Assembly (NCBI GenBank): GCA_943350875.1
Contig: CALRAL010000003.1
Coordinates: 25,174 to 89,173 of the forward strand
Length of the DNA: 64,000 nucleotides
DNA from: Candidatus Nomurabacteria bacterium
Lineage (GTDB): Bacteria; Patescibacteriota; Minisyncoccia; Phycocordibacterales; UBA9973
Direction: 5' to 3'
Below the pieces are notes generated by a model. It made no database searches, was not told where the DNA came from, and saw only the letters and a program-made list of their open reading frames with translations. This document shows positions 30,144-38,807 of this stretch, piece by piece. Within the stretch, counting starts at the first letter, position 1; each line of letters starts with the position of its first letter. The translations under genes and the position numbers were made by a program.

Positions 30144-33100
30144 ATGGCAATTACCAACATTGGAACAAATACATTATCTTCAAACCTAAAAACAATCTTA
30201 CCTGAGTGCGACAAGATTGATGCTTTAGTTGGCTATTTTTATTTTTCAGGGTTTAAAGATTTACACAATGAACTAAAAGATAAACAAATCCGTATTCTTG
30301 TGGGAATGGATATTGATAAAAAAATTATTGAAAAAGTATCAACGTTAAAAGAATTAAATTTAGACTCTTATTCTATAGATACTCACATAACTTCCCGATC
30401 AAGTGTTACTGAAGATTATATTGATAATTTCTCTCAAATTTTTAATGATAATGATTATTTCGATAACGAAGAATCACAAAATGCATTTGAAATATTTTTG
30501 AATAAAATAAAAGACGGTAGTTTGCAAATTAAGAAAACAGCTAAGGCTAACCACTCTAAATTTTATATACTACATAATAAAAATGGAGGCGGAATAGTAA
30601 TTGAGGGCTCAAGCAATTTAACGTTATCCGGATTGCGAGGACAAGCGGAACATAATAGAATCTTGACTGAAAAACATTATTACGATGATGATGTAAATAG
30701 ATTTGAAGAATGCTGGAACGATCAAGAGAATATAATTTTAACTAATATTGAATCAGCGGATAATTTTATAAAAGAAGTAAAAAGTAAAATTTGGTTATAT
30801 GCATTACCTGACCCACTGTTAATGTATTATAGAGTTTTAAATGAATATTTCTCAATTACTGAAATTGAGAATATGAAGACTCCTAAAAACATAACTGCTG
30901 GTAAGTTCTCTGATTTAAAATATCAAAAAGATGCGATTAATTTAGGTATTGATAGAATAAACAAATTTGGTGGTGTAATTATTGCAGATGTTGTTGGACT
31001 TGGAAAAAGTATTATTGCTTCAGCAATTGCACATAATTTGGGATTAAAAACTGTGATAATTGCTCCACCTCATCTTGAAGATCAATGGAATGACTATCGT
31101 TCTGATTTTAATTTTAACGGATTTGTTTACAGCACAGGTAAAATTGAAGAAGCCCTTGAAAGACATCAAAATGACGAAAAACTCCTCATTGTTTTAGATG
31201 AAGCACATAAACATAGAAATGAGGATACAGATAATTATAAACTTCTTCATAAACTTTGTGCCGGTCATCCTGTTATGGCTCTTTCTGCCACACCATTTAA
31301 CAATGATCCTAAAGATATTTATGCTTTGATAAAATTATTTAGTACACCCGGACAATCTACCATAAGGACAGTAGAAAATTTAAGCATGGCTTTCCATACT
31401 CTTTTTAAGAGATATAAAAAAGTTAGAAAAGATTTAAGAAAAACTAATGCAAAGGAAGAAAAGAAAGATGAAGTAAATAAAGAATCACATGAAATAGCAA
31501 AATATCTTAGAATAATGATCGAACCACTCATTATTCGTCGTTCCCGTAGAGATTTAGAAGAAATAGAAGATTATAAAAATGACCTAAAAAATCAAGGGGT
31601 TGCTTTTGCGAAAGTGAAAGAACCGGAATTGCTAGAATATCCACTTAACGGAATGTCAGACCTTTACATTAGAACACTTGAAAAAATATCACCGAATGAT
31701 AAAAGTGTAAGTTTTCGTGGTGTTCGATACAAGATATTAAGTTATTTAAAAGAGGGTTCAAATTTTGCTGAAAAATTAGTAGAAGATATTGATGATGATA
31801 GTATTTCTGCAGAAGAAAAAGTACAGCAAATTAAACAAGCTCAAGTAAACATAGCAAAATTTATGAGACGTTTGCTTGTGCGTAGATTTGAGAGTTCTGT
31901 TGGTGCTTTCAACATATCTCTTGAAAATATGATAACTTCTTCTGAAAAAATTCTTGAATGGTATAAAAATAGGCAAGAAATTCCAATATATAAGAAGGGT
32001 GAACTACCAACCGCAGAATATCTAAACGATTTAGATGAGGAAGAATTGGAGGGGGTTTTATCTAATTTGGACGCTAAAGGATTAATTCGTGTTCCCACTT
32101 CTGAATTACAATCTTCTTTTGAAAAACACTTAAATGAAGATATCGCATTATTAAAAAAAATAAAATCAGAATGGTTAGAAAATAATGAAGATCCTAAATT
32201 TGATTTCCTTAAAGAAAAAATTGCGAATTCTATATCAAGTGATTCTAATAGGAAAATTATAATTTTTACTGAATTTTCTGATACTGCAAATTATTTATTT
32301 AAAAAATTTAATGAGGATAATTTTAAGCGTATTTTCAAATATAGCTCAGAGGATTCTAACGATACTAATAAAAAGATTATTCGTTCAAATTTTGATGCTG
32401 GATTAGAAAAATTACAACAGGCTAACGATTTTGATGTAATTATCGCCACAGATGCAATTTCTGAAGGTTTTAATTTACATAGAGCAGGAAGTGTTATAAA
32501 TTACGATATTCCTTATAATCCAACAAAGGTTATACAGCGAGTTGGTCGTATTAATCGCATTAATAAAAAAGTTTTTGAAGAATTATATATTTTTAACTTT
32601 TTTCCTACATTTATTGGTGAAGAAGAAACCGGTATGCGTTCTATATCCACACTAAAAATGGATTTTATTCATGATCTTTTGGGTGAAGATACAAAAATCT
32701 TAACAAAAGAGGAAGACCTGAAAAATTATTTTGCTAAACAATATCAAGAAGAAAATACTAAAAATGATAGTTTGTCTTGGGATGCAAGATATAGAAATGA
32801 TTGGCTTAAAATAAAAGATGATCAAGATATAATTGCAAAAATTTCAAAGATTCCTCATAGATCAAGAATTGCTAGAAAATCTAAAGATATTTCTGGTGTT
32901 GTAGCATTTGCAAAAAAGGGTTCAAATTACATTTTTGCATTTGGTGAGAACCCTGAAAATGTTCGGATTGTTTCGCCTGAAGAAGCATTACCACTTTTCA
33001 ATGAAGTTGCTGATATGGAAAAATCTCTTGAGACAAGTATTAAATTTGAGCCCATCTATAAAATAGCAAAAGAACATATATTTAAGGACAATACCCACGC

Positions 33101-33404
33101 ACCGATAGACACCGGCAGAAGACAAGACGCTTTGTTGAAATTAACCCTTATCAAAGAAAACTACACACAAGCAGTTGAGTTGTGTAAAGATTTAGAGACT
33201 TTAATAAAAGATTTTGATGCGCTACCAAATGGGTTACTAAAAGATATTATTGACTTATCTATTGATAGAAATGATTATAGTAAGATTTTTAAAGAATTAA
33301 AAAATATGTTTCCTAATAATTATATTAAAAAGTTATTCCTAACAGCTGATAAAGCCAAAGATAATGGAAAACTTATTGTATTATCCGAAGAACTAATTGC
33401 ATGA
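30144..33404 (+). CDS. Fusion protein of a PLD-family (HKD) nuclease domain and an SNF2/SF2 helicase. Candidate restriction or DISARM-like DrmC+DrmD-type effector.
   Basis: 1086 aa. The N-terminus has the HKD motif NHSKFYILHNKNGGGIVIEGSSNLT. The SNF2 motifs are I (ADVVGLGKS), II (LIVLDEAHKHRN), III (SATPFNND) and V/VI (TDAISEGFNLHRAGSVINYDIPYNPTKVIQRVGRINR). It overlaps the downstream MTase by 4 bp. Confidence 0.75.
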   Translation: MAITNIGTNTLSSNLKTILPECDKIDALVGYFYFSGFKDLHNELKDKQIRILVGMDIDKKIIEKVSTLKELNLDSYSIDTHITSRSSVTEDYIDNFSQIFNDNDYFDNEESQNAFEIFLNKIKDGSLQIKKTAKANHSKFYILHNKNGGGIVIEGSSNLTLSGLRGQAEHNRILTEKHYYDDDVNRFEECWNDQENIILTNIESADNFIKEVKSKIWLYALPDPLLMYYRVLNEYFSITEIENMKTPKNITAGKFSDLKYQKDAINLGIDRINKFGGVIIADVVGLGKSIIASAIAHNLGLKTVIIAPPHLEDQWNDYRSDFNFNGFVYSTGKIEEALERHQNDEKLLIVLDEAHKHRNEDTDNYKLLHKLCAGHPVMALSATPFNNDPKDIYALIKLFSTPGQSTIRTVENLSMAFHTLFKRYKKVRKDLRKTNAKEEKKDEVNKESHEIAKYLRIMIEPLIIRRSRRDLEEIEDYKNDLKNQGVAFAKVKEPELLEYPLNGMSDLYIRTLEKISPNDKSVSFRGVRYKILSYLKEGSNFAEKLVEDIDDDSISAEEKVQQIKQAQVNIAKFMRRLLVRRFESSVGAFNISLENMITSSEKILEWYKNRQEIPIYKKGELPTAEYLNDLDEEELEGVLSNLDAKGLIRVPTSELQSSFEKHLNEDIALLKKIKSEWLENNEDPKFDFLKEKIANSISSDSNRKIIIFTEFSDTANYLFKKFNEDNFKRIFKYSSEDSNDTNKKIIRSNFDAGLEKLQQANDFDVIIATDAISEGFNLHRAGSVINYDIPYNPTKVIQRVGRINRINKKVFEELYIFNFFPTFIGEEETGMRSISTLKMDFIHDLLGEDTKILTKEEDLKNYFAKQYQEENTKNDSLSWDARYRNDWLKIKDDQDIIAKISKIPHRSRIARKSKDISGVVAFAKKGSNYIFAFGENPENVRIVSPEEALPLFNEVADMEKSLETSIKFEPIYKIAKEHIFKDNTHAPIDTGRRQDALLKLTLIKENYTQAVELCKDLETLIKDFDALPNGLLKDIIDLSIDRNDYSKIFKELKNMFPNNYIKKLFLTADKAKDNGKLIVLSEELIA

Positions 33405-36400
33405 TAAATTTTAATGATAAATATAATTATAATGAGTTTATAGATTTCTTATGTAACTTTCTACCGAATGACTTCAAGGAAATAGAAAAAGATATTGTTA
33501 TAAAAAAAGAAAGATATAAAGAAATTTCTAAAGCAAAAATACTTGGCTATTCAAGCTCTTTAGATTTGCATGTATTAGAAATGGATCATGCTCGTGAAAA
33601 TGACCCGAGAATTACGATTGCGACAGATGCTTTCAAAATACTTGCTGATAATTGGGTACATAAAGCTTTAGTAATCTTCAAGAACAGCACTTCAGATAAT
33701 TATCGATTTTCTTACTTAACAATATCTATAGATTTAAATGATAAAAATAAACCAATTAAAACATATTCAAACGCCCGCCGGTATTCTTTTTATCTTGGTT
33801 CCGGCGCAAAAATTAACACCCCAAAACAACAACTTGTTAGTAAGGGTCGAATAAAAGATTTAAATGATTTAGTAAGTAGATTTTCTGTTGAAGTTGTGAA
33901 TAAGCAATTTTACTTTGAGATTGCAAAATTCTTTGATGAACTTGTTTCGAGTGAGGATAAAAATCTAGCACTTCCGGGTATATCAGAAGAAGACACGAAT
34001 ATCAGAAAGAGTTTTGCTGTTCGGCTTATTGGTCGTATAATGTTTTGTTGGTTTTTGAAACAGAAAAAATCTGACAATGGTCAACTTATTCCTGATGAAC
34101 TACTTTCCTCAAAAACAGTATCGGATAGTTATTATCACAGTACTCTTGAACCATTATTTTTCGGCGTATTAAATACCAGCATTGAATCTCGAGATATTCG
34201 TAGTGATTTGTTTGATAAAGTGCCGTATCTCAATGGAGGACTGTTTAATCCTCAATCAGACGACTATTATGACCTAGATAGAGAAACTTTTACCTCGAGA
34301 CATATTAACACTCTTAAAATCAGTGATGACTGGTTCAAGAACTTCTTTGAGCTTCTCGAGACTTATAATTTTACAATTGATGAGAATACTGTTTTTGATC
34401 AAGAGCTTTCTGTTGATCCAGAAATGCTTGGAAGGATTTTTGAGAATTTGCTTGCAGAAATAAACCCAGAAACTGGAAGCAGTGAGCGTAAGCGTACGGG
34501 AAGTTTTTATACGCCACGTCAGATTGTTGAATATATGGTAGACCAGTCTTTGATTGAATATTTAAAAACAAAAACAGGGATTCAAGATAAAAAATTATCT
34601 GCTCTTGTTAGCTACGATTTAGCAGACGATACAGAGCACCCACTAGACGATAAGGATAAACAAGAAATAATAAACGCAATAGAATCTCTTAAAATTCTTG
34701 ATCCAGCTTGTGGTTCGGGGGCATACTCAATCGGTGCGCTTCAAAAAATTGTTTATATTCTTCAACAAATAGATCCAGATTGTAAATTATGGCTTGAGCA
34801 AAAATTAAAAGGTGTTCCAGAGTTGTATAAGAAAAAAATAATTGATGAAGTTAAATCGAACCCTTTTGACTACACACGGAAACTAGATATTATTAAAAAT
34901 TCAATCTTTGGCGTAGATATTCAGCCAATTGCTGTAGATGTTTCCCGTTTGAGATGCTTTTTGACACTTGTCGTTGAGTCAGAAGTAAATGATACAAAAC
35001 TAAACAGAGGGATAGAACCTTTACCGAACTTGGACTTTAAATTTGTCTGTGCAAATACTTTGATTAGCTTGCCAAAATCTCAATCTAGCAATCTTTTCGA
35101 AGACCATTCCGGTATCATCGAGCTTTCAAAAATAATGTCGGAATATTTCTCTTGCAATAGCCAAAGAAAAAATGAAATTAAACTTAAATTTACAAATTTA
35201 CAAAAAGAAATACTAGAAAAGACAATATCCGCTTTCGGTAAAAATACGGGAGAGCTAACTTTAAAACTTACAACTTGGAATCCATTTAGTAATAATTCAA
35301 ATTCTTGGTTTGACCCGGAATGGATGTTTGGGTTGGAGGAAAAGTTTGATGTGGTTATCGGTAATCCGCCCTATGTTGATTCAGAGACAATGGTAAAAGA
35401 TAACCCTGATTTGAGAAATTTGTATACTTTGCTTTACAAAACAGCTATAGGTAATTGGGATTTGTTTATCATTTTTATAGAGCAGGGCATCAATTTTCTA
35501 AGCAATTATGGAAATTTGTCATTTATCGTGCCTAACAAATTGATTGCTGCGAAATATTCTGAGTCTATTAGATTACACATGCAGACTAAAAATATAAAAT
35601 ACATAAGAGATTATTCTGATGTGAGAGTATTTAAGGAAGCGAGCGTGTATCCTATTGTTTTTCAGATATCGAACTCATTGAATTCAGATTCAAGCGTTAT
35701 CTTAACAAAAATGAAAGATATCGAAGAATATGAATTAATTAACAAAATACCCCATGCACTGTTTTATGCGGATGTATTTTGGGATAGGTATTTTATAAAA
35801 CCAGAAGCACTCAAGGTAATTATTAAAATCTCACAAAATCCTAAACTTGAAAAAATTAATGATTTAGTTTTGGGTGCAGCCACTGTTAATGAAGCATATA
35901 AATTAAAAGAAATTATTACTGAGGCAGAAATTGAAAAACAAGAATATAAAAAACTAATTAATTCCGGGACAATTGATCCATATACTTCTTTATGGGGTGA
36001 CAAAAAAACTCAATATATTAAATCGTCATATAAAGTGCCTGTGGTGGAAAATGACAAGCTAAATAAATTATTACCGAGACGATTTATTCAAGCAAATAGT
36101 GAAAAGCTTATTATTGCCGGGATGTCAAAGAGATTAGAGGTTTTCTATGATTCCGGTGAATACATTGCTGGTAAATCTACCACAATCATTTTAAATAATG
36201 AGAAAATTGACTTGTTATATTTACTTGCAGTTCTTAATTCAAAATTGATTTCTTATTGGTATAAGGTATATTTTAGTTCTTTGTCACTTGCTGGAGGTTA
36301 TTTGAGAATTAGTAATAACGAAATCAAAAAGATTCCAATTGTAGTGGCTAATAAAAAGACGCAAGAAGGTATAATTAAAATTGTTAACCAAATTCACGAT

Positions 36401-36514
36401 TGTAAAAAAGGAAGTAATAAAAATACAGACGACCTAGAGTCAAAAATTGATGAATTGGTCATGGATTTATACGGACTAAATGAAGATGAAAAAGAAATTA
36501 TTAGAAATTCGTAA
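33401..36514 (+). CDS. Large gamma-class N6-adenine DNA methyltransferase (Eco57I/type IIG/BREX-PglX-like) with a C-terminal specificity region
   Basis: 1037 aa with LGRIFENLL...GSFYTPRQIVEYMV, motif I LDPACGSGAYSIG and motif IV VIGNPPYV. It is translationally coupled to the PLD-SNF2 gene. Confidence 0.8.
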   Translation: MINFNDKYNYNEFIDFLCNFLPNDFKEIEKDIVIKKERYKEISKAKILGYSSSLDLHVLEMDHARENDPRITIATDAFKILADNWVHKALVIFKNSTSDNYRFSYLTISIDLNDKNKPIKTYSNARRYSFYLGSGAKINTPKQQLVSKGRIKDLNDLVSRFSVEVVNKQFYFEIAKFFDELVSSEDKNLALPGISEEDTNIRKSFAVRLIGRIMFCWFLKQKKSDNGQLIPDELLSSKTVSDSYYHSTLEPLFFGVLNTSIESRDIRSDLFDKVPYLNGGLFNPQSDDYYDLDRETFTSRHINTLKISDDWFKNFFELLETYNFTIDENTVFDQELSVDPEMLGRIFENLLAEINPETGSSERKRTGSFYTPRQIVEYMVDQSLIEYLKTKTGIQDKKLSALVSYDLADDTEHPLDDKDKQEIINAIESLKILDPACGSGAYSIGALQKIVYILQQIDPDCKLWLEQKLKGVPELYKKKIIDEVKSNPFDYTRKLDIIKNSIFGVDIQPIAVDVSRLRCFLTLVVESEVNDTKLNRGIEPLPNLDFKFVCANTLISLPKSQSSNLFEDHSGIIELSKIMSEYFSCNSQRKNEIKLKFTNLQKEILEKTISAFGKNTGELTLKLTTWNPFSNNSNSWFDPEWMFGLEEKFDVVIGNPPYVDSETMVKDNPDLRNLYTLLYKTAIGNWDLFIIFIEQGINFLSNYGNLSFIVPNKLIAAKYSESIRLHMQTKNIKYIRDYSDVRVFKEASVYPIVFQISNSLNSDSSVILTKMKDIEEYELINKIPHALFYADVFWDRYFIKPEALKVIIKISQNPKLEKINDLVLGAATVNEAYKLKEIITEAEIEKQEYKKLINSGTIDPYTSLWGDKKTQYIKSSYKVPVVENDKLNKLLPRRFIQANSEKLIIAGMSKRLEVFYDSGEYIAGKSTTIILNNEKIDLLYLLAVLNSKLISYWYKVYFSSLSLAGGYLRISNNEIKKIPIVVANKKTQEGIIKIVNQIHDCKKGSNKNTDDLESKIDELVMDLYGLNEDEKEIIRNS

Positions 36515-36577
36515 ATAACAGGAAAAATCACTGTAACCGGCGTAAGTGATTTTTCAAAACTTCAACATAAGAAGTTT

Positions 36578-36796
36578 TTAACCGCGTGGTGGAAATGGAT
36601 CGTTTCCAAAAGAGTTTCTTTCACGAATTTTGCCATCTCGTCCGTGGATGAGAAGTTCAACTTGGTATGCTATTGCAAGTGATGTACCAGAATCTATGAT
36701 TTCTGATTGTGTCTTTGCTGTAAATACCGGATATGGATTGTGTTCTTGTTTGAGTGCCCAGTTTTGTCCGTTTTTTACTACATGTAGATTACTCAT
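36578..36796 (-). CDS. DUF2188-like small protein
   Basis: 72 aa with the C-terminal LIHGRDGKIRERNSFGNDPFPPRG signature, which I recall as typical of the DUF2188 family. Called from memory of the family consensus. Confidence 0.35.
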   Translation of the reverse strand: MSNLHVVKNGQNWALKQEHNPYPVFTAKTQSEIIDSGTSLAIAYQVELLIHGRDGKIRERNSFGNDPFPPRG

Positions 36797-36951
36797 AATG
36801 AATTTGAATTAAAGTTTTATTATTTTAGTTCTGTAATTTTCATTTCTTCGATTTCAGTGCCGGTTTCTGGTAAGCCGAAATGTAGACCTACATTTGCATT
36901 ATAGCATATTTTTTATTGAATCCAAAATTTTGCCGACGAAGAGGGGGATTG

Positions 36952-37118
36952 ACTTGAACGAAGCTCATGAACTCTGGCAAGAGCTTTAACTTTAACTTCA
37001 CCACTCAGCTAGGCCTTACCTATCAATTAACAAGGCCCAAAATCAATCTACTTTACTCAACTAAAGTGTAGAATGGTTTTTGGGGTTCTGTGAATTATCA
37101 TTACTGTGATAGACTTAG
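36952..37118 (+). repeat. Direct repeat copy A of an approximately 170-bp repeat (AACGAAGCTCATGAACTCTGGCAAGAGCTTTAACTTT ... ATCAATCTACTTTACTCAACTAAAGTGTAGAATGG...)
   Basis: Approximately 85-90% identical to copy B at 37352-37520. It contains a degenerate CTAGGC..CCTA hairpin. Confidence 0.7.
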
Positions 37119-37127
37119 CAAGTGAAA

Positions 37128-37304
37128 GAAGAAAATAATGTTGCCTATATAGACGGAGCTAACTTGCACAATGGTGTGGAAACTTTAGATTGGGAATTTG
37201 ATTACAAACGCTTCAGAGTATGGTTAAAAGAAAAATACAGTGTTAAGCAAGCTTATTTATTTCTAGGATTAATTCCAAAATATAAAGATCTTTGAATAGT
37301 AAGA
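37128..37304 (+). pseudogene. Truncated NYN-domain gene fragment (VKEENNVAYIDGANLHNGVETLDWEFDYKRFRVWLKEKYSVKQAYLFLGLIPKYKDL*)
   Basis: I translated it by hand. It is homologous to the N-terminal 60 aa of the NYN protein at 10021..10542, has a GTG start and a premature stop, and is flanked by the 170-bp direct repeats. Confidence 0.45.
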
Positions 37305-37351
37305 ACCGTTCTTGCTATAGGACATGACTTCAAGAACTTATCGATGAAACT

Positions 37352-37520
37352 GGATTAGATGTAAACGAAGCTCATGAACTCTGGCAAGAGTTTTAACTTT
37401 CATTCTATGAATTGCTAGGCAAGACCTAGCAATTACAATTAACAAGGCCCAGAATCAATCTACTTTACTAAACTAAAGTGTAGAATGTTTTTTTGATTCT
37501 GTAAATCGTCATAGTAATTT
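37352..37520 (+). repeat. Direct repeat copy B of the approximately 170-bp repeat, containing the GCTAGGCAAGACCTAGC hairpin
   Basis: See copy A. Its internal hairpin is identical to the rpsR terminator core at 57466-57482. Confidence 0.7.
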
Positions 37521-37536
37521 TAATATTTCAGAGAGC

Positions 37537-37830
37537 TTATGATTTAGTCTTGAATGGTCGTTTGTTTGCTTCTTTTAGAATTCTAAGTGTTGCTTGTACT
37601 GAAAGGTTCTCGCTGGTAAGAAGCACTAATCTATCATTCAACTGATTAAGTAATGGGCTTAAAAACTCATCTGCCCATGATGGCGACAATGTCAAAACAC
37701 CAGCGAAATCTATTTCTAGTTCTTCGTCTTTAGGAAACTCACGCAAGGTCGGAGTAAATGCTTTGAAAGCCTCACTGCCCAATTCTCGTGATATTAATGT
37801 CTTTCCAAATTTTTCTAATTGTAATTTCAT
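37537..37830 (-). CDS. STAS-like DUF4325-type small protein, the putative partner of the upstream GHKL ATPase
   Basis: 97 aa with an anti-sigma-antagonist-like fold signature (ELEIDFAGVLTLSPSWADEFL). It is immediately downstream of 37855..38610 on the same strand. Confidence 0.45.
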   Translation of the reverse strand: MKLQLEKFGKTLISRELGSEAFKAFTPTLREFPKDEELEIDFAGVLTLSPSWADEFLSPLLNQLNDRLVLLTSENLSVQATLRILKEANKRPFKTKS

Positions 37831-37854
37831 ATATTTTAAAAATTATTAAACTAC

Positions 37855-38610
37855 TTAAAATTCTATTTTTGCTAAACAGCCTCGTACGATACGCTGACCA
37901 CGCGTAACATGAAACACTTTGTCTGGACTACTCATACGTACTTCGGCATCACCACTTTTATAAAATAAATCTATTGGCTGATCAGTAACGACTTCTCTGA
38001 CAAGTTTCAAACCGTTCCCGCGCTTCTCCGGCGCACGCCCAGAAATGAATTCTGTAAAGGCGACTTCCACGGCAGCGACATGGCTCGGAAGCTCCGGCCG
38101 AATTTGCCGTAATGTTTCTAAAATGCCCAATCCTCTATCGGCAAGAACAATGATCCGTTTTTCCAGATCGTAGCCAAAGAATATTCCCGCGGTGTCTGGC
38201 CATTTGCCTAAGTTGTGAGCAAACGAGTTATCACCAATCTCCCCAGTAATCAAAGTGATCAAAGAATACAACTGCTCAAACCCTGGCTTTCCCAATAATG
38301 CATTTTGCATCTTAATCAGTCTGGCATTAAAAATAGAACTTGTCGGACAGTAAAACGTCCCCGGGAACTCAGTCCCATTTTCTATCCAATCGGATGCAAA
38401 CTTTATCAAATCGCTAGCAAATATTTCCAAGTCTTTTTCACGGTAATATCGATGAGTACCCCCGTCCTTTTTAATCGGTAGCAGTTTACCGCTTTCGTCC
38501 CAACGACGAAGCGTTTGCAAGGAAATCCCTAGATATTCAGCTGCCTGGCTGATTGTAAGTAATTTTTCATCCATATAATTAAGGATACCATAATATACAA
38601 ATCTATACAA
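37855..38610 (-). CDS. MerR-type HTH fused to a GHKL (HATPase_c, RsbW-like) ATPase/kinase domain
   Basis: LTISQAAEYLGISLQTLRRWDESGKL is the MerR/excisionase HTH. The ATPase shows N-box ITGEIGDNSFAHN and G-boxes LADRGLGI and RGNGLKLV. The real start is probably the internal Met at about 38574, since the annotated start is TTG. Confidence 0.55.
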   Translation of the reverse strand: MYRFVYYGILNYMDEKLLTISQAAEYLGISLQTLRRWDESGKLLPIKKDGGTHRYYREKDLEIFASDLIKFASDWIENGTEFPGTFYCPTSSIFNARLIKMQNALLGKPGFEQLYSLITLITGEIGDNSFAHNLGKWPDTAGIFFGYDLEKRIIVLADRGLGILETLRQIRPELPSHVAAVEVAFTEFISGRAPEKRGNGLKLVREVVTDQPIDLFYKSGDAEVRMSSPDKVFHVTRGQRIVRGCLAKIEF

Positions 38611-38650
38611 CTAGAAGATAAATCTATACAAAAATATACCAATCTATACA
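38600..38650. promoter_or_regulatory. Three direct AATCTATACA repeats spaced 20-21 bp apart, immediately upstream of the MerR-GHKL gene
   Basis: Repeats at 38600, 38621 and 38641 have about two-helical-turn spacing, which is iteron- or operator-like. Confidence 0.4.
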
Positions 38651-38777
38651 TTTCTTAGTAAAAACTACCCTTAAAATAGTTTCGTATAATCAGCTAGGCC
38701 TTGCCTAGCAGTTTTGCTCGGTTTTAGGCTGATAACCGTGAAAAATGGCATTAAAAACACAGCTTTTCACGATTATG

Positions 38778-38805
38778 TTGACAAAAGCGTGAAAATGACT
38801 ATAAT
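38778..38805 (+). promoter_or_regulatory. Consensus sigma70-type promoter (TTGACA, 16-bp spacer, TATAAT) for the Fic gene, overlapped by three CGTGAAAA repeats
   Basis: TTGACA lies at 38778-38783 and TATAAT at 38800-38805. The CGTGAAAA octamer occurs at 38742, 38764 (reverse complement) and 38787. Confidence 0.55.
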
Positions 38806-38807
38806 AG

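Noticed and set aside
36930-37540. Possible tRNA or CRISPR array in the repeat-rich region downstream of the methyltransferase gene
   Set aside because: I found no cloverleaf-compatible sequence. There was no GTTC T-loop with matching acceptor stem. The repeats are two long direct copies of about 170 bp rather than short regularly spaced repeats with unique spacers. I searched the whole window by eye and saw no canonical tRNA, rRNA or CRISPR array, though a computational scan with tRNAscan-SE or CRISPRCasFinder would be more reliable.
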